64,000 nucleotides of DNA, from positions 2,720,001-2,784,000 of the forward strand of contig CAWHDR010000001.1 of the NCBI GenBank assembly GCA_963828165.1, written 5' to 3'. This stretch comes from an uncultured Chloroflexia bacterium. Lineage in GTDB: Bacteria; Chloroflexota; Limnocylindria; Limnocylindrales; CSP1-4. The translations under genes were made by a program, and so were the position numbers. Below, piece after piece: positions 18,332 to 28,581 of the stretch (positions are counted from its first letter, which is position 1; each line of letters starts with the position of its first letter). The notes below the pieces were generated by a model. The model was not told where the DNA came from. It made no database searches and saw only the letters and a program-made list of their open reading frames with translations.

Positions 18332-20134
18332 TCAGGCCTGGGGCGGCGGCTCAAGCTCCGGCGTGGCGTTCCCGATCACGATGACGATGTCCGCCCGGAC
18401 CGTGCTGTCGGTCGCCGTCTTGACCTTCACTCCGAACAGGTCCTCGAGATAGGCGATCGTCGCGGGCATGTCTGTCTCTGCGCCGTTATAGACCGTGATC
18501 ACCGTGTCCTTGGGCACGTTCCCCTCGGGGGCCTGGCGCGGAGCCGACGCGGCCAGGCCGTGGAACTCGAGATAACCGGCCAATCGGGTCCCGCGGTTCC
18601 CCGAGTTGGTGCCGTTCAGCACCCAGACCCCGGCTCCCTCGCCGGCGAGTCGCTCGCGCAGTGCCTGGTCCGCAGGGTCTGCCGTGAACGCGTCGCGGAC
18701 GGCTGCCTGGATCCGGTCCACTCGCGGCTCAAGCCAGTAGCCCGACAGCACCTCGTTCTGGTAGAAGTCGGGCGTGAACACGTAGGAGCGGATGTTCGTC
18801 GTGTCGACCTCCGACGCCAATCCGAGCAGCTCATCGAGCTGATCGAGCGGGATGTCCGTCCGCACGGCCGACTTGAGCGCCTCGACCAGCTCGGGCAGCC
18901 GCGGCAGGAGGATCTGCGGGTCGGCCTGTTCGCGCAGCGACAGGAGCACGCGCTGCTGTCGAGCGCCGCGGTCGAAGTCGTCCGACGTGTTGCGCGATCG
19001 GGCGTAGCGCAGGGCCTGGTCGCCGTCCATGTGCTGGATGCCGCTCGGGATGTACAGCCGCTGGGCGCGACCAGTCGACCCGGGGAAGGCGTCGTCGACG
19101 ACCGGCACCTGGACATTGATCGTCACGCCACCCACCGAGTCGACGACCTTCTTGAAGCCGTTGAAGTTGACCTCGACGAAGTACTTGATGTCGAGGTCGT
19201 AGAGCTCACCGAGGGTCGCCTTGAGGCCGTTGTAGCCGCGGGTCCGATCGTTGCCCGGCCACAGGTCCGAGCGCTTTCGGTTGTTGACGAAGAACGAGTT
19301 GATCTTGTTCGGGTACGTCCGGCCCCAGAACGATCGGGCGTTTCCGGCGGGGAGCGGCACGAACTGGGTGTCGCGCGGCAGGCTGAACATGGCGGCCTGC
19401 TTGGTGACCGGGTCGATCGACACCGTGATCAGCGTGTCGGTGTTGTGCCCACCGCCCTGCTCGTCGGAGCCGATGAGCAGGATGTTGAGCCGCTCGCGGC
19501 CGTCCCACGGCGGCAGGGAGACGTCCGGGACCTGGCTGCCGATCGAGGTCGGCTCGGGCGTCGGGCTCGGGGTCGCCTCGGCGCTCGGGTCTGCGGACTC
19601 CGAGGGCTCGGCCGAGGCGGACGGATCACCGGCGCATTCCCCCTGGTCTTCGCCGATGAAGATGCAGCCGCTGGTCAGCGCATCGAGCGCGAGCATGTCG
19701 TAGCGGGCGACCACGACGTGGCTGCCGGCCATGACCAGCACCACGGCGAGCAGGCCGGCGATGGACAGGGGATTGCGGGGGAGCCGCGCCTTGCCCAACC
19801 GCCCGCCGTCCGACATGGCATGCGCATTGAGGTACTCCGCGACGCGATAGGCATCGATGATCGCCACCAGGCGATAGAGCAGCGCGACGAGGTTGAGGAC
19901 GAAGATCGAGCTCAACAGGAACGGGCTGAACAGCAACCCGACGAGTTCGAGCCGGTCCATCCGCAACACGAATCCGGCGAGGAGCGCGATCAGCAGGACA
20001 GGCGCCGCAGCGAACCCGAGGGCGCGCATCTGGGCGCCGACATAGAGGTGCCCGAGGCCCGGGAAAAGGAGCGAAAGGAACGCCGCAGCGAAAGGCGACC
20101 GGGCGCGCGGTCGCGCCCCCTGCGGTTTCTGCAT
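18332..20134 (-). CDS. LCP (LytR-CpsA-Psr) family protein with LytR C-terminal domain
   Basis: NILLIGSD, TDT, SLPRD, KINS, ALRYARSR..DFDRGARQQ, C-terminal VLNGT..DIVIVIG. Confidence 0.93.
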   Translation of the reverse strand: MQKPQGARPRARSPFAAAFLSLLFPGLGHLYVGAQMRALGFAAAPVLLIALLAGFVLRMDRLELVGLLFSPFLLSSIFVLNLVALLYRLVAIIDAYRVAEYLNAHAMSDGGRLGKARLPRNPLSIAGLLAVVLVMAGSHVVVARYDMLALDALTSGCIFIGEDQGECAGDPSASAEPSESADPSAEATPSPTPEPTSIGSQVPDVSLPPWDGRERLNILLIGSDEQGGGHNTDTLITVSIDPVTKQAAMFSLPRDTQFVPLPAGNARSFWGRTYPNKINSFFVNNRKRSDLWPGNDRTRGYNGLKATLGELYDLDIKYFVEVNFNGFKKVVDSVGGVTINVQVPVVDDAFPGSTGRAQRLYIPSGIQHMDGDQALRYARSRNTSDDFDRGARQQRVLLSLREQADPQILLPRLPELVEALKSAVRTDIPLDQLDELLGLASEVDTTNIRSYVFTPDFYQNEVLSGYWLEPRVDRIQAAVRDAFTADPADQALRERLAGEGAGVWVLNGTNSGNRGTRLAGYLEFHGLAASAPRQAPEGNVPKDTVITVYNGAETDMPATIAYLEDLFGVKVKTATDSTVRADIVIVIGNATPELEPPPQA

Positions 20135-20220
20135 CGCGCGTAGGATACTCGGACTCGCCCGACCCGCCCGGAAGGGCCGGTCAAGCCCCGTCGCCCTGAC
20201 CCACCGCGCCCCGGAGATGC

Positions 20221-23200
20221 ATGTTCCGACCCGTCACCGCGAAGCCCGACTTCGTCGCCCAGGAGCACGACATCCTTGCGACGTGGCGCGAGCGGCGGAC
20301 CTTCGCGCGCCTGCGCGCACAGAACACCGGGGGCCCGCGCTGGAGCTTCCTGGACGGGCCGATCACCGCGAACAATCCGATGGGCGTGCACCATGCCTGG
20401 GGACGCACCTACAAGGATCTCTACCAGCGCTTCCACGCCATGCTCGGCGAGGACCAGCGGTACCAGAACGGGTTCGACTGCCAGGGCCTGTGGGTCGAAG
20501 TCAACGTCGAGCGCGACCTGGGCTTCACCAACAAGCGCGACATCGAGGCCTACGGGATCGACCGGTTCGTGACGCTCTGCAAGCAGCGCGTGCTCACCTA
20601 TGCCGCGCGCCAGTCTGAGCAGTCCATCCGCCTCGGGATGTGGATGGACTGGAACGATCCGGACGAGCTGCGCCGGCTGCACGACCTGCTCGGCACGGAC
20701 CCGTCCGCGATCACGACGATCGAAGGCACCGACGGTCCGGTCACCGACACGGTGGAGATGCTCGTCGGCCGGCTCGGCATGCGCGAGGTCGGTGGCTCGT
20801 ACTTCACGTTCAGCAACGAGAACAACGACCTGATCTGGGGCTTCCTCGCCGAGGTCCACCGGCGTGGCTGGCTGTACAAGGGCCACGACACGATGCCCTG
20901 GTGTGCGCGCTGTGGCACCGGCCTCTCCCAGACCGAGGTCAACGAGGGCTATCAGGACAAGGACGACCCGGGCCTGACCGTGAAGTTCCCGCTGATCGAC
21001 CGTCCCGGCGAGGCCCTGCTCGTCTGGACGACGACGCCCTGGACGCTCACCTCGAACGTCGCGGCGGCGGTCGGCGCTCGCCTGCGCTACGTGAAGGTCC
21101 GTCAGGGCGACGACGCCTTTTGGCTCGCGAAGGGCACGCTCAAGACCGCGCTCGAAGGCCCGTTCCAGGTCGAGGAGGAGCTCGCCGGCGCCGATCTCGT
21201 GGGTTGGCGGTACGCCGGCCCGTTCGATGAGCTACCCGCGGTGCAGGCCGCCTTCGCCGAGGGTTACGAGCACCGCGTCGTGCCCTGGGACGAGGTCGGC
21301 GAGGACGAGGGCACCGGCATCGTCCACATCGCTCCGGGCTGCGGCGCGGAGGACTTCCAGCTGGCCAAGGCGATCGGCTTGCCGGTGATCGCGCCGCTGG
21401 ACGAATCCGGCATCGTCCTCGAGGGGTTCGGTCCGTTGAGCGGTCGCGACGTGCGCGACGTCGCCGACCCGATCGTCGAGCACCTCAAGGCGACGGACCG
21501 GTTCTACCGGCTGGAGACCATCAATCACCGCTACCCGCACTGCTGGCGGTGTGGCACGCCCCTCGTCTTCCGGCTCGTCGACGAGTGGTACATCTCGATG
21601 GGGCCGGTCTACGACCAACCGCGCGACACCCTGTCCACGGCCCAGGTCGACGCGAGCCTGCGCTACCAGATCATGGAGGTCGTGGATCGGATCCGGTGGA
21701 TCCCGGAGTTCGGCTACGACCGCGAGCTCGACTGGCTCCTGAACATGGGCGACTGGATGATCTCGAAGAAGCGCTACTGGGGCCTGGCGCTGCCGATCTA
21801 CGACTGCGCGGCGTGCGGCCGGATCGACGTCGTCGGCGGGCGCGAGGAGCTCAAGGAGCGCGCCGTCGAGGGCTGGGAGCGGTTCGAGGGCCATACCCCA
21901 CATCGCCCCTGGGTGGACGAGGTACGGATCGCCTGCTCGGGGTGCGGCGCCCCGGTCGAGCGCATCAAGGATGTCGGCAATCCGTGGCTGGATGCCGGCA
22001 TCGTGCCGTTTTCGACACTGCACCACCGGGAGGACCCCGACTATTGGGCCCGGTGGTTCCCGGCCGATTTCATCACCGAGAGCTTCCCGGGGCAGTTCCG
22101 CAACTGGTTCTATTCGATGCTCGCGATGTCGACCGTCCTGCGCCGAGAGGAGCCGTTCAAGACGATCTTCGGCTACGCGACGCTGTTCGCCGAGGATGGC
22201 CGGCCGATGCACAAGAGCTCGGGCAACGCGATCGAGTTCGACGAGGCGGCCGAGCGGATGGGCGTCGACGTCATGCGCTGGATGTTCACGAAGGCACGCC
22301 CCGAGGAGAACATCCTGTTCGGCTGGCATGCCGCCGACGAGGCGCGGCGCGAGCTGCTGATCCTGTGGAACGTGTACTCGTTCTTCGTGACCTACGCTCG
22401 GCTGGCCGGCTGGACACCGAAGGCCGGCATCGACGACGTCATCGCGGCGGCGCCCTCGTGGCCCGCGATGGATCATTGGATCCTGTCCCGCGCCGCCGGA
22501 CTGGCAGACGACGTGGCGAAGGACCTCGGCGATTTCGACGCGGTCGCCGCTACCCGCGAGATCAGCACCTTCATCGACGACCTCTCGACGTGGTTTCTGC
22601 GCCGTTCCCGCGACCGGATGCGCGCCGGTGCGGATCCGGCCGACCGTGACGCTGCATTCGCGACGCTCCATGCGGCCCTCGTCACGCTCGTGCGGACGCT
22701 CGCGCCGATCCTGCCGTTCCTCTCCGAGTCGATGTACGAGAACCTCATGGTCACGGTCGTTCCAGGCACGCCTGACAGCGTCCACCTCACGCCCTGGCCC
22801 GCCGCGGTCATGGCAGCGCACCGCGATCCGGACCTGGAGCGTGCGATGACGACCGTCCGCGCTGCGGTCGATCTCGCCCGGACGCTCCGGGCGCAGGCGG
22901 GCCTGCGCAACCGCCAGCCACTGGCCCGGGCCTGGCTTGCCCTGCCCGATCGCGGCCTCGCGATCTCCGACGAGCTGCTGGGCCTGTTCGCGGACGAGAT
23001 CAACGTGGGGGCCGTGGAGCTCATCGCCGACGGCTCCGAGCTCGTCGACCGTCGCGTGAAGCCGCTGCTCCCGAAGATCGGCAAGCGGCTGGGTGCCGCC
23101 ATCCCGGCGGTCATGGCCGCGGCCCGCGAGGGAGCCGTCGAGATCGCGGACGATGGCTCGGTGACCCTGGCCGGGGTGACCCTGGCGCCCGACGAGGTCG

Positions 23201-23541
23201 AGATCCAGGCGACCCCACGGCCGGGCACGGCCGTGGCCGAAGACGACGGTCTCGTGGTGGTCCTCGACACGGAGTTGACGCCGGAGCTCCGCGCAGAGGG
23301 CGATGCCCGCGAGATCGCGCGGGCTGTCCAGGACCTGCGGCGGGAGGCTGGCCTGGAGCTCGACGACCGGATCGAGCTGTGGATCTCCGGGGCGCCGACC
23401 GCCGTCGCCCCGCACCTGCCAGCGGTCGCCGCCGACACCGGGGCGGACCTTGCCACGGGCCAGACCCCGGCCGCGGCGACGCGGACGGATGTCCAGCTCG
23501 ACGGTGCCACCGTGACGATCGCCCTGCGGCGGGTCGGATGA
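20221..23541 (+). CDS. ileS: Isoleucine--tRNA ligase, type 2
   Basis: DGPITAN..GVHH, WTTTPWTL, GTGIVHIAP, YPHCWRC, MHKSSGN, EG.ARE..R.VQ.LRREAGL. Confidence 0.97.
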   Translation: MFRPVTAKPDFVAQEHDILATWRERRTFARLRAQNTGGPRWSFLDGPITANNPMGVHHAWGRTYKDLYQRFHAMLGEDQRYQNGFDCQGLWVEVNVERDLGFTNKRDIEAYGIDRFVTLCKQRVLTYAARQSEQSIRLGMWMDWNDPDELRRLHDLLGTDPSAITTIEGTDGPVTDTVEMLVGRLGMREVGGSYFTFSNENNDLIWGFLAEVHRRGWLYKGHDTMPWCARCGTGLSQTEVNEGYQDKDDPGLTVKFPLIDRPGEALLVWTTTPWTLTSNVAAAVGARLRYVKVRQGDDAFWLAKGTLKTALEGPFQVEEELAGADLVGWRYAGPFDELPAVQAAFAEGYEHRVVPWDEVGEDEGTGIVHIAPGCGAEDFQLAKAIGLPVIAPLDESGIVLEGFGPLSGRDVRDVADPIVEHLKATDRFYRLETINHRYPHCWRCGTPLVFRLVDEWYISMGPVYDQPRDTLSTAQVDASLRYQIMEVVDRIRWIPEFGYDRELDWLLNMGDWMISKKRYWGLALPIYDCAACGRIDVVGGREELKERAVEGWERFEGHTPHRPWVDEVRIACSGCGAPVERIKDVGNPWLDAGIVPFSTLHHREDPDYWARWFPADFITESFPGQFRNWFYSMLAMSTVLRREEPFKTIFGYATLFAEDGRPMHKSSGNAIEFDEAAERMGVDVMRWMFTKARPEENILFGWHAADEARRELLILWNVYSFFVTYARLAGWTPKAGIDDVIAAAPSWPAMDHWILSRAAGLADDVAKDLGDFDAVAATREISTFIDDLSTWFLRRSRDRMRAGADPADRDAAFATLHAALVTLVRTLAPILPFLSESMYENLMVTVVPGTPDSVHLTPWPAAVMAAHRDPDLERAMTTVRAAVDLARTLRAQAGLRNRQPLARAWLALPDRGLAISDELLGLFADEINVGAVELIADGSELVDRRVKPLLPKIGKRLGAAIPAVMAAAREGAVEIADDGSVTLAGVTLAPDEVEIQATPRPGTAVAEDDGLVVVLDTELTPELRAEGDAREIARAVQDLRREAGLELDDRIELWISGAPTAVAPHLPAVAADTGADLATGQTPAAATRTDVQLDGATVTIALRRVG

Positions 23542-24089
23542 CGGCGCCGGCAGCACCGGGCCGGGAACGAGCGCGCTGGCCGCTGTTCCTCGGGGTGGCG
23601 GCGATCGTGGTGGTCCTCGACCAGTTGACGAAGGCCTGGCTCGTCTCGATCCTGCCCGCCGAAGGGCAACAGCTGTCGGTGATCGGCGATCTCGTACGGC
23701 TCGTCAACTCGCGCAACAGCGGCGCGCTGTTCGGCCTCTTCCAGGACCAGGCGCTGCTGTTCGGGCTCGTGTCGATGGGTGTCGTCGGGCTCATCGCCTG
23801 GTACCACGGGAGCTCGGGGCGGAACACCCTCTTGTCGGTGGCGCTCGGGCTGCTGCTCGGAGGTGCGCTCGGGAACATGCTCGACCGTCTGCGGCTGGGC
23901 TATGTCATCGATTTCGTGGATGCCGGTCTGGGCGACCTGCGTTTCTACACCTTCAACGTGGCGGACAGCGCCATCACCTGCGCCATCCTCCTGTTGCTGG
24001 CAAGCGCCTTCCTGCCCGGAAGGTTCGGGCTGCCACCCGTCGACGCCCCCCGGCGACCGAGCGAGCCCGCGGACCCGGTCGATGCCTGA
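23538..24089 (+). CDS. lspA: Lipoprotein signal peptidase
   Basis: LDQLTK, NSGALFG, GALGNMLDR..GYVIDF, FNVADS. Confidence 0.96.
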   Translation: MTAPAAPGRERARWPLFLGVAAIVVVLDQLTKAWLVSILPAEGQQLSVIGDLVRLVNSRNSGALFGLFQDQALLFGLVSMGVVGLIAWYHGSSGRNTLLSVALGLLLGGALGNMLDRLRLGYVIDFVDAGLGDLRFYTFNVADSAITCAILLLLASAFLPGRFGLPPVDAPRRPSEPADPVDA

Positions 24090-25042
24090 CGCGCCGATCG
24101 CGGCCGGCGTCCGGACCGTCCGGGTCCCCGATGGCCGGATCGGGCGGATCGACCGGTACGTGGCCGACGTGACGGGCCTCTCGCGGAGCCACGTCCAGAA
24201 GCTGATCTCCGACGGACGGATGACTGCCGAGGGCATCCCGCTGCGGGCGAACATGATCGTGCCCGCGGGGACGGAGATCCGCCTCGATGTGCCTGAGCCG
24301 GCCGCCCTGGACCTCGCCCCGGCCCACGATATCCCGCTGCGGATCGTGTACGAGGACGCGGACCTGCTGATCGTCGACAAGCCGTCCGGGATCGTGGTCC
24401 ACCCATCCGCCGGCCACCACGACGGGGACACGATGGTCAACGCGTTGCTGGCGCGCGCGGGCGGATCTGAATACGGGGGCATCGCCGGGGTCGCGCGCCC
24501 CGGGATCGTCCACCGCCTCGACCGGGACACCAGCGGGCTCCTGATGGTGGCCAAGCACGATGCCGCCCAGCATTCCCTGATGGCCCAGCTCAAGGCGCGG
24601 CGGGTCCGCAAGACCTACCAGGCGCTCGTCGCGGGGAATGTGGCGGCGGCCGTCGGGCGGATCGAAGCGCCGATCGGGCGCGACCCGAAGCATCGGACCC
24701 GGATGGCGGTCGTTCCGGACGGGCGGGCCTCCACCACCGGCTACCGGGTCCGCGAACGCTTCGCCGGCTGGACCCTGCTGGAGCTGGACCTGGTCACGGG
24801 TCGGACCCACCAGATCCGCGTGCATCTCGATGCGATCGGACACCCGGTCGCCGGCGACCCGGTCTACGGGACCGGCACCTCGCGGCGCGGGCCGGAGGGC
24901 CTCGGACGGCTGTTCCTGCACGCCTGGCGGCTGGAGCTGACGGCCCCCGCCAGCGGGGAGCTGATCCGCGCGACCGCGGACCTGCCGGCCGAGCTCGAGG
25001 TCGTCCTCGACGTCGCTGCGCGCGGCCGAGACCGCTCGATGA
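24082..25042 (+). CDS. rluD: RluA/RluD family pseudouridine synthase with S4 domain; one extra base near 25011 joins it to gmk
   Basis: KPSGIVVHP, RPGIVHRLDRDTSG, TGRTHQIRVH, LFLHA; removing one base gives ..DSLRAAETAR* with ATGA overlap on gmk. Confidence 0.88.
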
Positions 25043-25743
25043 CCGACGACGCGCGCCCGGCGCCCCCCGGCTTGAAAGCGATCCCCGAGGAACCGGAACG
25101 GATCTCCGATGATCCCGGGCGGCCGAGCGGCGTCATCCTCGGCGCCCCGGGCGCGATGCTCGTCATCATCTCCGGGCCCTCAGGCGTGGGCAAGGACACC
25201 ATCATCGACGCGATGCGAGAGCGCACGCATGACCCCGAGTACGTCTACGTCGTGACGTGCACGACCCGCGCGCCGCGCCCTGGCGAGATCGATGGCGTCG
25301 ACTACCACTTCGTGTCGCGCGAGGATTTCCTGCGGCTGCGCGCCGACCGGCAGTTGCTCGAGACGAACGAGGTCCACGGCAACTGGTACGGCGCCCCACG
25401 CGACCAGGTGCGCCGCGCCGTGCTGGCCGGACGCCATGCGATCCTCAAGATCGACGTGCAGGGGGCGCAGATCGTCAAGGAGCAGGTCACCGAGGCACTC
25501 CTGATCTTCGTGGTCCCGCCGACGCTCGAAACGCTGTTCTCGCGGCTGCGCACGCGCGCCACGGAGAGTGCCGACGAGCTCGAGCTGCGCCAGCGCAACG
25601 CCGCCATCGAGCTCGCGCGCCAGGACGACTACGACTACGTCGTGCTGAACGAGACCGACCAGGTCGAACGCACCGCCGAGCGGATCGACGAGATCATCGC
25701 CGAGGAACGCCGCCTGCATGCCGACCGACGGGTCCGGGTCTAG
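25039..25743 (+). CDS. gmk: Guanylate kinase
   Basis: SGPSGVGKDT, TTRAPRPGEIDGVDYHF, WYG, IDVQGA, YDYVVLN. Confidence 0.96.
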   Translation: MTDDARPAPPGLKAIPEEPERISDDPGRPSGVILGAPGAMLVIISGPSGVGKDTIIDAMRERTHDPEYVYVVTCTTRAPRPGEIDGVDYHFVSREDFLRLRADRQLLETNEVHGNWYGAPRDQVRRAVLAGRHAILKIDVQGAQIVKEQVTEALLIFVVPPTLETLFSRLRTRATESADELELRQRNAAIELARQDDYDYVVLNETDQVERTAERIDEIIAEERRLHADRRVRV

Positions 25744-28180
25744 ACCGGGGCGGCTGGTCGAGGTCGCGGTCGACGCGGCCGGCGCCGGTGGCGCCCGGCC
25801 CTTCACCTACAGCGTGCCCGAATCCCTGGCGGACCTCGAGGCTGGCGAGGCCGTGCTGGTGGAATTCGGCCGGCGGCAGGCGCTCGGGGTGGTGCTGGGT
25901 GGCGCGGAGGAGGCGCCGTCGAGCTCGACCACCAAGCCCCTGGTCGACCGGGTCCGCGCGGACGGACCGCTTCTGCCGCCCTTGACGCTCGCACTCGCGC
26001 GCTGGGTGGCCGCGCACTACCTGGCCCCGCCTGCCCTCGTGATCCGGGCGATGCTGCCGCCGGGCCTGCTGGAACGCCTCGAGCTGGTGGCCGAGCGGAC
26101 CCCGCAGCCGCTCGATGGCGAGCTCGACGCCGTCGACACCGACCTCCTCGACCAGCTCGGGGGCGGAGCGCGGCCCGCGCGCGACCTCGCGGCGCCCGAT
26201 GGCCGGGCGGGCCTCCTCCGCCGGCTTCGGGGCCTGGAGTCGCGCGACCTCGTGACCCTCGACTGGACGCTGCTCGGGGCGGGCGCCGGTCCCCGATACG
26301 AACGCTGGATCCGACTGTTGCCCGCGGGCCGCACCGCGGCGGTCGCGCTGGCCGCGGGTGAGCGGTCAACGGGCCGTCCGCTCGGCCCGCGCCAGATCGA
26401 CGCCCTCGCGGAGCTGGCGGGCGGTTCGGTGGCGGCCGATGGCGTCCCGGCAGCCGAGGTGGCCGGGCGGCACGGGACGGCGACCCTCACCTCCCTGGTT
26501 CGGCGCGGCCTTGCGGAGACCGGCGTGCGGGAACGACCGCGCCGGCCACTGGCCTCGCGAGCGCCCGGGACCCGCGGCGGTCGGCCGCGGTCGGCCGAGC
26601 TCTCTGCGGCACAGGCCGCCGCCGTGGATCGCGTCGCGCGGGCGATCGAGGAGCGGGACCCGCGCCCATTGCTCCTGGACGGCGTGACGGGTGGTGGCAA
26701 GACGGCGATCTATGTCGAGGCGATCGGTGCGGCGCTCGCTGCGGGCCGTCCCGCGCTCGTGCTCGTCCCCGAGATCGCGCTCGCCCTGCCGATCGTCGAT
26801 CGACTCCGGGCCGACCTCGATGCGCGGGTCGCGCTCGTCCACTCGGGCCTCGGCGACGGCGAGCGGGCCGACGAGTGGCGCCGCATCCGGAACGGTGAGG
26901 TGGACATCGTGGTCGGCACGCGGCTGGCCGTCGTCGCCCCGCTCGCGGACGTGGGCATCGTGATCGTCGACGAGGAACACGACCCCGCCTACAAGAGCGA
27001 CCGCACCCCGAGGCTCCAGGCTCGCGACACGGCGATCCGACTGGCCGAAATGGCCGGGGCGGCGCTGGTGCTCGGCTCGGCGACGCCGGCGGTCGACAGC
27101 CTGGGGCGTGCGCTCGAAGGGACCTACGATCGGATCGTCCTGCCACAGCGTCCTACCGGGACCACGCCGACCGTCACGGTCGTCGACCTCCGCGCCGAGC
27201 TCGCCGAGGGAAATCGCGGACTGCTGTCGCGGACCCTCGATCAAGCCCTGGACGCGCTCGACACGGCGGCGGGGGAGCAGGCGATCCTGGTGCTGAACCG
27301 GCGCGGGACGGCGTCGGTGGTGCTGTGCCGCGACTGTGGCCACGTTCAGGCCTGCCCGGACTGCGAACGGCCGCTCGTCTACCACCAGGCCGGCATGACC
27401 CTAAGATGCCACCACTGCGGGCGAGCCACGCCGCTGGCCACACGCTGCCCGTCGTGCGCGTCGCCACGGATCCGGTACCTGGGCGGTGGTACGGAACGGG
27501 TGGAGCGCGAGGTCCGTGCGAACCACCCCGACCTGCGCGTGGCGCGGCTGGATCGTGACGTGGCGGAACGCCGGGGAGCGGCGGCCCGGGTGCTGGACGC
27601 CTTCGCGGCCGGCCAGACGGACGTGCTCGTCGGCACGAGCCTCGTCGCCAAGGGCCTCGACGTGCCCGCGGTCACGCTGGTCGGCGTCGTGTCGTCCGAT
27701 GTGGCGCTGAACCTTCCCGACGAGCGCGCGGCCGAGCGGACGTACCAGCTCCTGTCCCAGGCGGTGGGGCGGGCGGGCCGCGGCGACCGCCCCGGTCGGG
27801 CGATCCTGCAGACCTACCAGCCCGATCACCCGGTGATCCGTGCCGTGGCCAGCGGCGACGGCGAGACGTTCTACCGCGAGGAGCTCGCGATGCGGCGACG
27901 GTTCGGGTCACCGCCGTTCGGCCGACTCGTCAAGCTCACGGTCGCGCTTCCCGATCGCGAGGCCGCCGAACGCGAGGGCGACGCGATGGCCGGGCGGCTG
28001 CGGGAGCGGGCCGCCGAGCAGGACACGACCGTCCTGGGGCCCGCACCGGCCTACATCGCGCGGCGGAACGACCGGTGGCGCTACAACCTGGTCCTGCGTG
28101 GGGCCGACCCCGTCGCGACCCTCGGCGGCGATCCGGGGCCGCCGTGGTCGGTGGATGTCGACCCGGAGTCGCTCCTCTAG
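25718..28180 (+). CDS. priA: Primosomal protein N'
   Basis: GVTGGGKT, LVPEI, DEEHD..YK, NRRG, four CxxC, QAVGRAGR, VDVDP. Confidence 0.97.
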   Translation: MPTDGSGSRPGRLVEVAVDAAGAGGARPFTYSVPESLADLEAGEAVLVEFGRRQALGVVLGGAEEAPSSSTTKPLVDRVRADGPLLPPLTLALARWVAAHYLAPPALVIRAMLPPGLLERLELVAERTPQPLDGELDAVDTDLLDQLGGGARPARDLAAPDGRAGLLRRLRGLESRDLVTLDWTLLGAGAGPRYERWIRLLPAGRTAAVALAAGERSTGRPLGPRQIDALAELAGGSVAADGVPAAEVAGRHGTATLTSLVRRGLAETGVRERPRRPLASRAPGTRGGRPRSAELSAAQAAAVDRVARAIEERDPRPLLLDGVTGGGKTAIYVEAIGAALAAGRPALVLVPEIALALPIVDRLRADLDARVALVHSGLGDGERADEWRRIRNGEVDIVVGTRLAVVAPLADVGIVIVDEEHDPAYKSDRTPRLQARDTAIRLAEMAGAALVLGSATPAVDSLGRALEGTYDRIVLPQRPTGTTPTVTVVDLRAELAEGNRGLLSRTLDQALDALDTAAGEQAILVLNRRGTASVVLCRDCGHVQACPDCERPLVYHQAGMTLRCHHCGRATPLATRCPSCASPRIRYLGGGTERVEREVRANHPDLRVARLDRDVAERRGAAARVLDAFAAGQTDVLVGTSLVAKGLDVPAVTLVGVVSSDVALNLPDERAAERTYQLLSQAVGRAGRGDRPGRAILQTYQPDHPVIRAVASGDGETFYREELAMRRRFGSPPFGRLVKLTVALPDREAAEREGDAMAGRLRERAAEQDTTVLGPAPAYIARRNDRWRYNLVLRGADPVATLGGDPGPPWSVDVDPESLL

Positions 28181-28196
28181 TCGGCGGTCTTGGACC

Positions 28197-28448
28197 TCAG
28201 TCGACGTCGCGTCGATACGCGACGAGCACGCCGCCGACCATCCGCTCGAGGCCCTGCAGGCACTCGAGCTGGCTCGACTCGAGGTCGACCGGGTGCATGC
28301 CCTCGGCGATCGTCTCCGGGTCGACCGTGCCCCACGGGCTCGGCGCGTAGGCCATGACGACGTCCGTGTCGAGGGTCCGCTCGGCCTCGTTGACCAGGTC
28401 CAGCTGGGCGGGCTCGAGGTCCGCGAAGGTCCATCCGTCTACGCTCAT
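28197..28448 (-). CDS. Small hypothetical protein (83 aa) with internal duplication
   Basis: GGAGGAG upstream; two copies of DLE..QL......ER......AY. Confidence 0.8.
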   Translation of the reverse strand: MSVDGWTFADLEPAQLDLVNEAERTLDTDVVMAYAPSPWGTVDPETIAEGMHPVDLESSQLECLQGLERMVGGVLVAYRRDVD

Positions 28449-28581
28449 GGCCGCTCCTCCCGCGGGGGCGGCCCGATCGTGGGCCGTCCGTCGCGCCGAT
28501 GATACGCCCACGACCATCGGGTTCTCGCGAAGTGACCTCGTTCGTGCGACGATGCGCAACCCAGAGGAGGTTCTTCCAACC

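Noticed and set aside
20135-20220. T-box riboswitch upstream of ileS
   Set aside because: The spacer is only 86 nt and has no T-box consensus.
24082-25743. RluD-guanylate kinase fusion (654-aa ORF)
   Set aside because: Removing one base near 25011 gives a normal RluD end with an ATGA overlap on the gmk start, matching the window-wide insertion-error pattern.
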